From Eledone cirrhosa (taxonomy: Eukaryota): 64,000 nt of DNA. The position numbers and the translations under genes are program-made. The notes under the pieces are model-generated. The model made no database searches and was not told the DNA's origin. It saw only the letters and a list, made by a program, of their open reading frames with translations. Positions 41,646 through 56,732 of the stretch are shown piece after piece. The stretch covers positions 159,526,001-159,590,000 of the forward strand of contig OZ024741.1 in NCBI GenBank assembly GCA_964016885.1, given 5' to 3'. Positions within the stretch are counted from its first letter, which is position 1. Every line of letters begins with the position of its first letter.

Positions 41646-43025
41646 GATATTAATAAATGGAAACTATATTTATAAAACCATATTTATTTCATTATACATA
41701 TTTCAGGGATACCACATTAAATTATGGTATGCCTTCATCAGACAAAATACAATATATAACAGTTTTACAAATAGGTTTGACGTACCCTTTAAAATACAGC
41801 CATTACTTTTGGAGGCTGTCTGGATAGTGATTTGTTCATATAATAAGTCATAGTGTTAAGCACAATTAGAAAAAGACGGAGAGAAAGAAAGAGAAAAGAA
41901 TAAAGACAGAGAGAGAGAAAGAAAAGAGAAAGAAAACCTGGAGAAATATCGGAGAGAGAGAGAAAAGTATGGAGAAAAGAAAGAGATAGATAAAGATAGG
42001 AGGAAATAAAAAATAAAAAAGAAAGAAAAGGAAGGAATAAGAATAAGATTTTGGTATATTGATCTCAAGTTTCTAAACTAAACATATGGTCATTATTGAA
42101 CAATGTTTAATTTCTCATATTATATATCTATAAGGGCGGTGGATTGGCAGTATCAGTAGAGGGTCGGACGCCATGCTTTCCAGCATAGTTACGTCCCTTT
42201 ATGATCTGAGTTCAAATCCCGCCGAGGTTGACTTTGCCTTTCATCCTTACGGGGTCGATAAAATAAAGTACCAGTAATGCACTGGGTAATTGCTGGCCTT
42301 GTGCCTAAAGTAGAAACAATTATATATCTATGTCCCATTCATGAATATTGATACTTATATTTATATTTTTATTGTTCATTTCATATAAATTGTTAACTTA
42401 ACTTAATATGACATGACGTAAAGTTGTCACTGTCCCCCTCTCTCTATATAGTATTTCTCTCTCTTGAGTTTCTCTTTCTGTATGATGTCTTGATATCTCT
42501 CTGTTGCTTTCCTTTGTTTTTCTTATTCCTTTGTTTTTCTTATTCCTTCCTTTTCTTTATTTTTTATTTTTTATTTCCTCCTATCTTTATCTATCTCTTT
42601 CTTTTCTCCATACTTTTCTCTCTCTCTCCGATATTTCTCCAGGTTTTCTTTCTCTTTTCTTTCTCTCTCTCTCTGTCTTTATTCTTTTCTCTTTCTTTCT
42701 CTTCGTCTTTTTCTAATTGTGCTTAACACTATGACTTATTATATGAACAAATCACTATCCAGACAGCCTCCAAAAGTAATGGCTGTATTTTAAAGGGTAC
42801 GTCAAACCTATTTGTAAAACTGTTATATATTGTATTTTGTCTGATGAAGGCATACCATAATTTAATGTGGTATCCCTGAAATATGTATAATGAAATAAAT
42901 ATGGTTTTATAAATATAGTTTCCATTTATTAATATCGTATATCTACTCCAAAAATTTGTCGAGTGCTTTATATCAGTTATAAAAATATTTACTTGTTGTA
43001 TCCCAACAATTTTAAATAGAACTTT

Positions 43026-43030
<5 letters not shown>
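41642..43030. mobile_element. Fold-back unit with ~400-bp arms, hammerhead on both arms, SINE in the spacer
   Basis: Arms 41642-42043 and 42535-42941. Plus-strand HHR: CTGATGA at 42841, ATACCA/TGGTAT, GAAA-TATGTATA. Minus-strand copy at 41690-41750. Tail 42930-43030 is homologous to 50420-50520. Confidence 0.9.
42135..42322 (+). mobile_element. Full-length Nin SINE
   Basis: GGCGGTGGATTGGCAGTATC..GAGTTCAAATCC..core..tail. Confidence 0.9.
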
Positions 43031-43102
<72 letters not shown>

Positions 43103-43109
<7 letters not shown>

Positions 43110-43318
43110 ATAAGAAACGGAGAATCAGTGGTGCGACGAATAATATTTATGAGACATATTACAATCGTTTCTCTGGCGACCAGCTCGAAGCACGATCGAT
43201 GCAATGATCAAACCATTACATCGATCGTACTTCGAGCTGGTCGCCAGAGAAACGATTGTAATATGTCTAATAAATCTTATTCGTCGCAACACTGATTCCC
43301 CGTTTCTTATGTGATATA
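43103..43318. repeat. Long imperfect hairpin in (TA)n
   Basis: ~105-bp arms with a very short loop; contains CTGG-TCG-CCAG-A-GAAAC-GATT-GTA. Confidence 0.85.
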
Positions 43319-43377
43319 TATATATATTTGTATATTTGTATATTTGTATATATATATTTGTATATCCGTATATAAGT

Positions 43378-43435
<58 letters not shown>

Positions 43436-44034
43436 ATTTATATACGGATATACAAATACACGCATACAACCACCCAGCCGTACATCTATCCACCCGCCAC
43501 CCTGCCTTCCCTCTTTTCATTTACACATACATAAAAAAACACAGAGACACTCATACACAGACACACACATAAATCTACACAGACATAGACACACACACAC
43601 AAGTACACAAAAACACACTCACACACATAAATCTCTCCACCCCACCCCCCACACATAAATCCCTCCACACACACGCACACACACGCAGAGAAAAAGCCCC
43701 GAGAGCCACTGTAAGTAAGGTGAGGCGATAATTTTGTGTTTGGAGAATATTTTTGTCGAACGTGTTATGGATTGATTAACAGACGAAAGCAGACGACAAT
43801 CAGTGGGAAGATGAAATGAAGAAGAATAGAGGTTTTCTTTTTGTTTCAAAGTGTGGAATACACCCTCCCACCACAAATATAATATATACGCACACAAATA
43901 TATAAGTTTAAAAACTTATATTCATCTTCAAACACGTACATAGACTCTCACACATACAGACACACACAAACACTTATACACAAACAAAATATATAACGTT
44001 AAAAACATATATTCACGTAAATAAAACACACATA

Positions 44035-44224
<190 letters not shown>

Positions 44225-44365
44225 TAAATATAACTTGTTATTTTTATGCTGAATTAAATACATACACACTTATATAATTTAAAGAAACTTATATTCAGCT
44301 AAATTTTCTCATATACTCCTCACACACTCTTACACACTTTCACAGTGATAAATAATTATTTTTTT

Positions 44366-44396
<31 letters not shown>

Positions 44397-44442
44397 GTCT
44401 GTATGCCTATATACATGCATGCCATCCACACCCCCTCTCTCT

Positions 44443-44478
<36 letters not shown>

Positions 44479-44560
44479 ATAATAATAAAATTGAAGACTA
44501 AAATCCAAAGAGGGCTCGATAAGGAAAATATATATCAAATATATAAGAACCGTAGAGCAA

Positions 44561-44693
44561 ATATTTATTAAAATAACAGATTAAAGTTTAAGCAAAGAAT
44601 CGCTGCTTTCACCCTTAACGGGATCTTCAGAAGATCCCGTTAAGGGTGAAAGCAGCGATTCTTTGCTTAAACTTTAATCTGTTATTTTAATAA

Positions 44694-44697
<4 letters not shown>
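44561..44697. repeat. 137-bp perfect palindrome with a 1-nt loop
   Basis: Centre at 44629 (GATCTTC-A-GAAGATC). Confidence 0.9.
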
Positions 44698-44743
<46 letters not shown>

Positions 44744-44747
44744 TCTC

Positions 44748-45198
44748 AAGCGAAATTACAGGAGGCCAAAAATGTTGAATTTCCTTAGTTACTTATTTCT
44801 GCAAACACTATGCACATTTCAGTGGCTAGGTTGCGTAAGAACCTAGTGACATCTTCAGGTGTAAATTGCGTAATAGATGTATACCAATAGAAAGAAAGTA
44901 AACTTTAAGGAAACAAGCAATGAAAAAACAGAAAATAAAAAGTGTGTTTATGTTTTTGACCCAGAGAGGAACGAAGCAGCATGGCTTTATCATAAACACA
45001 CTTTTTATCTTCTTTGTTTTTTTCTATGCTTGATTCCTTAAAGTTTACCATCATTCCGTTGGTATACATCTATTACGCAATTTAGACCTGAAGATGTCAC
45101 TAGGTTCTTACGCAACCTAGCCACTGAAATGTGCATAGTGTTTGCAGAAATAAGTAACTAAGGAAATTCAACATTTTTGGCCTCCTGTAATTTCGCTT
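44748..45198. mobile_element. Fold-back unit with a hammerhead on both arms
   Basis: Arms 44748-44952 and 44991-45198. CTGAAGA at 45088, CTAGGTT/AACCTAG, GAAA-TGTGC-ATA. Minus-strand copy TCTTCAG at 44852. Confidence 0.85.
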
Positions 45199-45399
45199 TA
45201 TAATACATTTACTCCATTCCCGCACTACCAACATGATTCAACATCAAAGATGGATGAGTTGCATAACGTCGAGTGCTTTTTCCATATTACGTCAAGTTAA
45301 AATTGTACAATGACCAATTCTACCCACCAAATTCTAAGCCACCAAATTTAAATGTATATATATAGATGTGAGAAAAACCACAGACCCTCCATCTCAACT

Positions 45400-45441
45400 C
45401 ACCTTTTGAAAAGCAGAAGAACTGCGAAACCGGTAAAGGAA
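45400..45441 (+). ncRNA. Degenerate minimal hammerhead
   Basis: CCTT-TTGAAAA-GCAG-AAGAA-CTGC-GAAAC-CG-GTA-AAGG; two substitutions in the core. Confidence 0.5.
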
Positions 45442-46401
45442 CCAAATAAATATATATATTTAAAAAAAAAATAAGACTTCAGTTGCATTTTCGATTTCAT
45501 CTCTTTTTCTTTATACTTTCACTCGTGTAGGACACCTCGGTTATTTTTCATTTTGTAAAAAAAACCTCACTTTCTAATATATATATATATATATATATCC
45601 ATCTATGTATGTCGACAGGGAAACTAAATATTTCTATCATAAAATTGAATAAATTTCTGAATTGTATTAACACTTTTAGTGACAGACAGGCAAGCCATCA
45701 GAAGTTGTTTTGGACAATTCTAGTGTTCATTATTTATCTAATTAAATATTATTCCTGCTTTCAATCCTCTTGTATCTCATGGTTTTCTCCATCGTGTCAC
45801 TCGCCACTCTATTTCTGTTTAGAATATTAAACGCCTCCCTTCTCAGACAACAACCGCTACAACTACTGCGGTCATCAAAGTCAGAGACGAAGGAAGTGTG
45901 TTGAGGTTCCTTATATCAAATATCAAACATCATTAAATGTCAGCCGACATTCATTGGTCACGTGATGTGACGACTTCAGGGTGACTTCATTGTCACAAGA
46001 TGGCGGTGGCAGTAGAAGTGGGTTTACGTAAGAAGACAGATATTATACAGGCTCACAATGGAGGAGGAGTGTGTGAAACAGACAGAAATAATGGACAAGA
46101 GATGATAATAACCACAAGAGAGGCAGAAAACATCTTGTGACAAACGTATTACACTCTTGACAAAGGTCTTTCACTGAGTCAATAAACAACAACTTTAGAC
46201 CGTCATCTGAAGCAGTGATTCTGACCGGGGAGTGGGGCGCACAAGCATTACAGAGAAACAGTTTGAATAATTTTAGGGGGCAATTTCTATTTAACACAGA
46301 ACAGTGTTTATATTTTGAGGGCGGGGTCAAACAGATGCTTATTTTATGGATCTGTTCATTAAAATACACAAAACAGGGGCTGAATGAAGATCTCAAATAC
46401 T

Positions 46402-46536
<135 letters not shown>

Positions 46537-46684
46537 TATATATACATACATACATATATATATATATATGCATGCATATAAATATATATATATGTATATA
46601 TATATATATATGCATACATAAATATATATACTACATATATATATATATATATGTATGTATGTATATATATATGTATGCATATAA

Positions 46685-46759
<75 letters not shown>

Positions 46760-47045
46760 TGTAATAAACAACATAAGATAATTAATTCATTTACCAATGG
46801 TTTCTTGAAGAGCTTGACACTTATGTCTGTCTTCATTCATCAGAATAAATTTATTATGGAATGGGATATGGATTTGAAAACAGAGTTTAGGATAAATGAA
46901 AGTGAGGCTGAAATAAAATAACGGGCATAAATTGAGGGGAAAACAATATATAAATATCCAAATATCCAATACATAGAGCACTCTCTTTTCCTTTACAATT
47001 CCTACGGAAATACTTCATTTATGTATATATATGTATATATTTATG

Positions 47046-47142
<97 letters not shown>

Positions 47143-47232
47143 ATATCTGTATGTATATGTAGTATGTATATATATGTGTGTATATATATGTGTGTGTGCG
47201 TGTTTGTATACGTGTGTGTGTATTTATATATG

Positions 47233-47945
<713 letters not shown>

Positions 47946-48526
47946 TATATTATAAATTTATATATGTATATATATATATATATATATAATGCAGAGGTAA
48001 TCGAGACTGCGTAAATGTGTATATAAATTAAGCCAAATTTACGTATTTACCCGTAAATTGAAAAACTGATCTTTAAACGAAATATTAAAGATATGTATAT
48101 TATCTAAACAAACACAAGGAAATATATTTCTGAGAAACTTATGACTTATAATAGTATAAAGGAAATGGACGTACTAATTTGTATATTAATAGCGTTATAT
48201 AATGTCCAAAAATATTTGGAACAACTCAGATTATAGAAATGTTCTCCATTCCTTGCAACTAAGGACCTGAAATTCGCTAAATAGAATTTCGGATTTGAAG
48301 TTGGAAGGATAGTCTCTGGAGATTGCTGCTTGTTCTCCATTAATCATATATAGAAAGCGAGTCTGTACTTATATTTATACATTTCATGAAGAACGTTCCT
48401 TCTAGGAATTTTCACCTCTACAATTTATTAACTCAGATAAACAGCATATGATTCCTTTCCCCGTACTTTCTCTCTCTCTCTCACTCTCCACACACACACA
48501 CATATATATATATTTATTATAAGAAC

Positions 48527-48858
48527 AGATTAAAGTTTAAGCGAAGAATCGCTGTTTAACGGGATCTTCTGAAATTCTGTTCTTATAATAAATATTTGCT
48601 CTACGGGTATTTTAATATATATATAAGAAGAAGAAACAGGGGCTGTTCGGATTTTAGCCTTCACAGTTATTATTACTATATATATATATATAGTAATAAT
48701 AAAAATTTGAACACTAAAATCCAAAGAGGGCTCGATAAGGATAAATATATATCAAATATATAAGAACCGTAGAGCAAATATTTATTTAGTTTCAGAAGAT
48801 CCCGTTAAGGGTGAAAGCAGCGATTCTTTGCTTAAACTTTAATCTGTTATTTTAATAA

Positions 48859-48860
<2 letters not shown>
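48527..48860. repeat. Inverted pair of the 30793/44561 family centred on a (TA)n
   Basis: Diverged left arm and intact right arm; centre TTATTATTAC(TA)nGTAATAATAA. Confidence 0.75.
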
Positions 48861-48929
<69 letters not shown>

Positions 48930-49927
48930 ACATTTTTAGTGAGGCAGAGAACATCGTATAAGATGGAATCTTGTCCCTTCCTGATAGATAATTTAAATTC
49001 GCACAGCCTCGTTTTAAAAAGTCCTAAAATATGATGTACCAACATACATACATACATAATACATGATGATGGCTGCCCCCTTGTTATCGAGTATGGCCAT
49101 TGCACAATATACCATTATTAATAATTATTAATTAATTCTATCGTGCAATGCCTCTGCATGAAGATATTTTTTAAACTGAGCCAATCCCACTCTCTGAGCG
49201 ACAGTAGCTATAATCCGCAAAGAAGAAAAGATCAACATCATCAGTAACTACTGAGCCGCAGGTTTTATATCGGAGTTATCCCAGTTTCCTGAGTTGTCTT
49301 CTAGAAGAATGCCCTGACAAAGGCTATGGGTCCTTCACTCCCAGTGGTTTAACCGCGCGATCGGGTGTCCAGCCTGACTATTTCTATGTCCCCGCACATA
49401 TACATACACATGCACCCATTAATATACACATATACATACATATGTACATGTATATATACATATTTACACACTTTTGGATGGTCGTTGACTCTTATGAGTT
49501 CTTCCGCCCTTTGTCAAGTTTTGTTTTTTGTCCTGCTGGGTGTCCAAAATAACCCTCCTCACCAAGTTAACTTGGTGGGGTTGCCGGTTTAGTCACCGAC
49601 GACCCGACCATGGGACAGGTTGTACTGGGTTACATGTTACCAGTAGCACTCAAGAGTGACATGCATACATACATACATACATACATACATACATACATAC
49701 ATACATACATACATACATACACATATAGGTACATACATACATACATTCATACATGTATACATTCATACATACATGCATACATACATATATACATACCTGC
49801 ATACATACATGCATGCATGTATCCGTACATATATACACATCACACATGCACACTCACACATACACACATACATATATATGTGTGTACGTATTTATATAAG
49901 AATATATACATACATATATAAGAATAT

Positions 49928-50034
<107 letters not shown>

Positions 50035-50354
50035 GATGTGTCTCTCGTCTTCTCGTCAATATTTGCAAGTTCTTATGTTCAAATGAATCATTTACTTGAT
50101 TTTTTCATTTTTTCTCCTCTTTACGTTGCCTCACCATTTATGTTTGTTTACCTGTCTCTCTTTCTTCACCCAATTCTTTTTATCCCAATAACTTATTTTA
50201 GTTATTGTTCGCGCTAGCCTGAGGTATCTGATCTTTAATGCGAAGAAATACCTATGATGGCTAGTAGATCACTGATGATGGATAGTCCTATTTCTAATTC
50301 TTCATTTTAATTTGTATATCACATTTGCAACAACACAGCACGCCATTTTTCATT

Positions 50355-50422
<68 letters not shown>

Positions 50423-50517
50423 TATATTGAATATTTACTCCAGTTATCTGTTGAGTACTTTATATCAGTTATAAAACTTTTCAGCTTGTTGAATCCCAAC
50501 AAATTAAATATAACTTT

Positions 50518-50564
<47 letters not shown>

Positions 50565-51177
50565 ATGTATGGATGTATACACATATATACACACATACAC
50601 ATTCATATATACACATATATAAACACACACTCACATATATATATAAATATATATATGGTAAAGACACCTACACACATGTAATGACATCCATACTTGAATA
50701 AATACATACATATATATATATGCATATACATACATATATACATACATATACATATATTATATACATACACACATACACACATACAAATATACATACATAC
50801 AGACATACATGCGTATACATATATTATATTCATATGTGTATCCAACAATAATTTCAATTATACCAGAGATGTAAATATATAATTAAAATGTAAAAATATA
50901 TTTTTACAAAGAAAATGAAATTGATAATTATTAATTTGAAAAACTTTATCATATGCGTATATATACACATATACAAAAAACACAAACACACACACATACA
51001 CATATACACACACATACTTATAAAGACATATATACATAATTCATTGTATGTATAATGTTTTTAACACATATATCATTTTATAATTTACATATATTAACAG
51101 ATTAATATTTTACACATAGATACACATTTATATACATACATATATATATATTTATATATATATATATATATACATAC

Positions 51178-51273
<96 letters not shown>

Positions 51274-51274
51274 G

Positions 51275-51313
<39 letters not shown>

Positions 51314-51318
51314 ATATG

Positions 51319-51406
<88 letters not shown>

Positions 51407-51407
51407 C

Positions 51408-51509
<102 letters not shown>

Positions 51510-51752
51510 GTATGTATGTATGTGCATACATACATGCATGCACACACATGCACACATGCATACTCATGCTTACATACATATATACATGCATATATAAATA
51601 CTTACATACATACATACGTCATAGGTTATGAAAAAGTGAAATTTCATCTTCGTTATAGTGAAGTAAATTTCTAATTTATATATTTAAATGTGACATAAGT
51701 AATATATATGTACGAATGCGAATACATGTGTGAATATCTATGTATGTATGAA

Positions 51753-51849
<97 letters not shown>

Positions 51850-51891
51850 GTATATATATACATGTATATATATGCACATATATGTATGTAT

Positions 51892-51956
<65 letters not shown>

Positions 51957-52026
51957 TATATATGTGTACATATGTGTATGTATATATGCATATATATATG
52001 TGCACATATATGTATGTATATATATG

Positions 52027-52058
<32 letters not shown>

Positions 52059-52082
52059 TATATATATATGTATATATGTATG

Positions 52083-52176
<94 letters not shown>

Positions 52177-52740
52177 CGTGTGTGTGTGTGTGTGCATGTA
52201 TGACAAAATATGTGATCAATGAAAGAAATTAATCAGAAACCTGAAAGAAACAATCCAATAGGCTATTTTCATTTATTTTCATAGTTTCAATATGACATGT
52301 GTTTGTGTGTGTGTGTGTGCTTGTGTGTGCCATGACATCAAAATGTATATTTATTCGTTTTCATGCATGTATGTGTGTGCTTGTGTATGTGATATGTGTC
52401 TTCATGTATGTATGTATGTATGTATGTATGTATGTATGTATGTATGTATGTATGTATGTATGTATGTATGTATGTATGTATGTATGTATGTATGTATGTA
52501 TGCGTGTGTGAATATATATGGCATATGTCTTTTAATAACATACACACCATGCATGTATATGTGTAAGCTTATGCATGTGAGATGTGTCTTCATATGTGTA
52601 TGTATGTATGCATGAATGCATGTATGTTTGTGTGTGTGTGTTCTGGTTATACTATTTTATAAATAAAAAGAGGGAGGGAGTCGGTTTCTAACATAGACAC
52701 AAAACCATTTCATAGGAATTTAGACATTAACTAGGTAAAA

Positions 52741-52799
<59 letters not shown>

Positions 52800-52879
52800 C
52801 AGATGTGTGCATGTGTGGATCTGTATGTTTTGAGTTATATATGTACACTTGCATATGTGTCTGTATCTATATATGTGTA

Positions 52880-53334
52880 TATGCAGAAATTTTAGTAATT
52901 CTGCGTTTGAGAGAGTTAGTAAACTCTTTAAAATTCTTTAAAACTATAAGTTAGCTGTTGAAACTAATATCACGTTAGATTTGAATACTAAACTCTTTAG
53001 ATCCTATCATAAACCGGGAGAAGTTTTATATTATGTACATAAAAATTCGAACCACCCGAAATCTATTATTAAATCTAATATTAATAGTGTATCTGAAAGA
53101 ATATCTAGACATTCTGCTAACAAAGGAATCTTCGACCGAAATGTTCAATATTATAATAAAGCTCTTATTAGGTTTGGATATAATGAAGAAATATACTTCA
53201 ACTCTACTGAAAAGGTAGTTAATAATATCATTACCCATAAATGTATTTCCAAGCCTCGTTTTAATAATATTAATGTTAATAAAAATAGTAAACTTAAAAA
53301 GCGTAGGATAAAAAATAAGAATATAGTCAAATGA
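52880..53334 (+). pseudogene. PLE RT thumb fragment (Hydra-like)
   Basis: ITLDLNTKLFRSYHKP..YVHKNSNHPKSIIK..RISRHS..YYNKAL..GY. Confidence 0.75.
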
Positions 53335-53349
53335 TAATGATAATAATAA

Positions 53350-53818
53350 TAATTGTTTCTACTATAGGGAAAAGGCCAACAATTTTTGGGGAGGGGAAAG
53401 TCGATTAAATCGACCCCAGTTCATTGCAGGTGCTTTATTTTATCGACTCCATAATAATAATAAAACAATCGCGGACATCAAACAATTACAATGTCACCCA
53501 TGCCACCACACCACCACTACCACAGAAACATTTGAACAATGTAAGAATTTAAAAAATGATAATAATGATTTCATCAGGGCTCACATTAAGAAAACATTAA
53601 CGGTGACACAAAGATCGTTCATGGTAATAATTGTTTCTACTTTATGCACAAGACCTGCAATTACCCCAGTGCATTACTGGTGCTTTATTTTATCGACTCT
53701 GTTACGATAAAAGGCAAAGTTAACCTCGGCGGGATTTGAACCCAGAACGCAAAGGGCCACAACTCTAAGCTGCAAAGCATAGTGACTGATGCTCTACTGA
53801 TACTGCCAATCCACTGCC
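53350..53818 (-). mobile_element. Nin SINE fragment plus a full copy
   Basis: Copies at 53350-53450 and 53628-53818. Confidence 0.8.
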
Positions 53819-54049
53819 TTCGTAATACTGATAAGTGTCACATAAATCGACCCTAATTTGGTGATGGTATCCCGTTAAACACACTGGTGTTAGTGCAACC
53901 TTAAATTCACTAATTCCCTTCATGAGTGCTTAAATGTCGAATCTAAAGAGTTCAAATAACGGTGAAGAGGAGGCTGGAACTTCATGTGTAGGTTTCTCAC
54001 TTGGTCCTGCAGCAAGGATCCGATTGCCGTCCAAATATTAATGGTGTTG

Positions 54050-54845
54050 GGAGAAGATGAAGGAATGGGGCAAGAACCAACTGGACAAAGGAATTGAATA
54101 AAACCGTGATCCCTCTAAGAAAGGGTATAGGAAACGAATGAATAAAATCTGGAACGATTTTAGTCTATTTGAATTAGGTGAACAAAAGCTAGCGAGTCAG
54201 GCTCGAGTAATAAGAACCAATGGATGGATCAGCGAATTTAATATTGGAGGAATTGAGTAGAGAGGTTAAGCTGCAAGTGGAAAGTGGAGTAGATCAGGCA
54301 CATGAGCCAGTAGAAAATGAGGCGTGACGGGCTTGGGAGACCCGAGAAAGTAACCGAAGAAGACAACGATCTAAATATTGAGATAAATATCATCTGGAGT
54401 AAAGATGTGGCCATTGAGAAAATGAATGCTGACGGGCTAGGGCAAGATTTTGTTCATATTCTGAGTTTAATGGTAAATGAAATGAATAATGATAGTGGAA
54501 AACTTATGAATCTAAAATTTGTAGACAGAAAAAAAAGTTAAAAGAAACAGCGGCTAAGATAAACATGGTCGTCCCATACCTTGAGGTGAAGAATCTTCAC
54601 CCATGCAACAACATCCTCAAAGCAGTCGCAAATGTGGTGAAAATATTGCTTGGTATCAAAACGAGGAAAAACAGACGAGAAAGGCAAGAACCTTGGTGAA
54701 AGAAGCGGTTGAAAGGACGTCAGGAAATTTTAGTCTTTATTACATGGGACATTACAAAATATAGATACTAAAGATAGGTTGACAAGAAAATACAACACAA
54801 AGGAAAACGGACTAAATGTTATAATAGAGGAACTAAAGCAGCGTG
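54050..54845 (+). pseudogene. R4/Dong-like LINE N-terminal fragment
   Basis: KGYRKRMNKIW..FELGEQKLASQARVIRTNGW, EPW..KRL, LTRKY..GLNVIIEELKQR. Confidence 0.65.
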
Positions 54846-55137
54846 ACTGATATTTTATTTTATCGACTCTTGACAAAGGCAAAATTGATCTCAGGGATAT
54901 GAACTCAGAACGCAAAGGGACGTAACTTAAATGCTGCAAAACATTCTGTGCGACGCTCTAACGATTTTACCAATCTACTCCCTAAACGTGTTTATAATGA
55001 AAGGTATCGCCAAAGGGATGCTAGGCCAACAGATGGACCACTACGTAGTCACTAGACATACTAGAAATAGCAGTCATCAAATCTATTGTTCATCTTCTCA
55101 TCACTATCACGATCGACAATAACAACAGCCCTTCCCC

Positions 55138-55812
55138 ATGACCACCACCACCAGCACCACCACCACCACAACCATCATTACTACCACCACCACCACCACC
55201 ACCACCACAACCATCATTACTACCACCACCACCACCACCACCACCATCACCACCACCACCACCAAGACCACCACCACAACCACCAAGCCCACCACCACAA
55301 CCATGACCACGACCACGACGACCACGACCACGACTACCACCAACACCACAACCACAACCACCACGACCACCGCCACCACACCACAACCACCATCACTACC
55401 ACCGAAACCACCACCACCACCACCAACAACAATACTACCATCACCACGACCACCACCACGACACCACCAATACTACCACCACTACCACCACCAGCACCAG
55501 CACCACGACGACCACCACCACCACTACGACTAGTACCACCACCACCACCACCACCACCATCACCACCCCACCCCCACCACTACGACCACCACCACCACCA
55601 CCACCAATACTACCATCACACTTTATAGTATTCAGTCGTCAGAGAGGTTACAGTTTATTGAGACTAAGGTGAACTGATACGACTAATCTGTAAAATAACA
55701 CAGCACAGACTTGATACTAATTCAGAGGGGATTTGATCCCGTCTACACCCACCACCCCTTTATTGTTTCTTACTGCTCATGATGGTGGGGAGTGTAGTCA
55801 TTAACAATAGGG

Positions 55813-55855
<43 letters not shown>

Positions 55856-55874
55856 CAGTAGCAGCAGCAGTAGC

Positions 55875-55905
<31 letters not shown>

Positions 55906-56260
55906 GTAGTAGTTGTAGTAGCAGAAGAAGTAGTAATAGCTGTAGTAGTAGTAATGGGATTAGTAGTCGTAATATTTGTAGTTGTAGTTGTTGTATTAGT
56001 AGCACTAGTGTTAGTCTGGTGGTGATGGTGATAGTGTATGTTAGTGGTAGTGTAGCTGTGGTGGAAGTGTTGTGGTAGTACAGATGGTGACAGTGTATGT
56101 GTTAGTGGCAGTGACGGTGGTGGTGTTGTGGCAGTGTAGCAGTGGTAGTACAGTAGTGGTGTGGCTAGTGGTAGTGTGTTATCGGTGGTGAAGGTGATAG
56201 TGGTAGCAGTAGTATACATTATAGTGTTGTTGTTAGTGGTGATGATGATGGTACTCTTAG
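55138..56260. repeat. (ACC)n, (AGT)n and (GGT)n low-complexity field
   Basis: Trinucleotide repeats producing spurious poly-H/T/V/G/S ORFs. Confidence 0.9.
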
Positions 56261-56419
56261 TAGTAGAAATAACCTGACCACAGTTGCTCATAACTGACTA
56301 CAACTGGACAAAACTGATCACAGGTGACCACAACTGACCACAGCTGGCCCAAACTGACAATAATTGAACACAAATGACAATAGCAAGATATAAACATAGC
56401 TGAACATGACTGACCAAGC

Positions 56420-56495
56420 TGGAATGGCTCTTCCAGTGCGGCGTCTCCTTCACCCTCCTTCGGGGAAACGCCTTCTCTATTCTGTCTGCCGGGGC
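56420..56495 (+). pseudogene. CRE-type LINE extreme 3' fragment
   Basis: EWLFQ..LLRGNAFSILSAG, matching the end of 19880-20850. Confidence 0.6.
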
Positions 56496-56534
56496 CGCGG
56501 AGTGGTCAGTGCGTGGGCCGCCATTTATTCATAA

Positions 56535-56732
56535 TAATTGTTTCTACTTTAGGCACAAGACCAGCAATTTGGGGGGGGGGGGAGTCGATTAAATCTACCC
56601 CAGTACATTACTGGTGCTTTATTTTATCGACCCTGTAAGGATGAAAGGCAAAGCCAACCTCGGCGAGATTTGAACTCAGATATGCCATACAGCATATTGT
56701 CCGACTCTCTACCAATACTGCCAATCCACCGC
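56535..56732 (-). mobile_element. Nin SINE
   Basis: Head, core and tail. Confidence 0.8.

Noticed and set aside
45955-46010. E-box GTCACGTGA plus YY1-like CAAGATGGCGG as a promoter
   Set aside because: No downstream exon or gene; the motifs alone are insufficient.
49480-49660. Possible HDV-like ribozyme in an RTE-like 5' repeat
   Set aside because: Some stems are present, but the P1 and P2 pairings are not convincing.
50265-50300. CTGATGA-TGGA-TAG-TCC hammerhead candidate
   Set aside because: No GAAA or cleavage triplet follows.
53550-53585. Minus-strand CTGATGA
   Set aside because: No stem II or GAAA half.
55086-56291. His-, Thr- and Gly-rich ORFs resembling structural or mucin proteins
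   Set aside because: Trinucleotide low-complexity DNA is open in most frames, and there is no splice or domain evidence.
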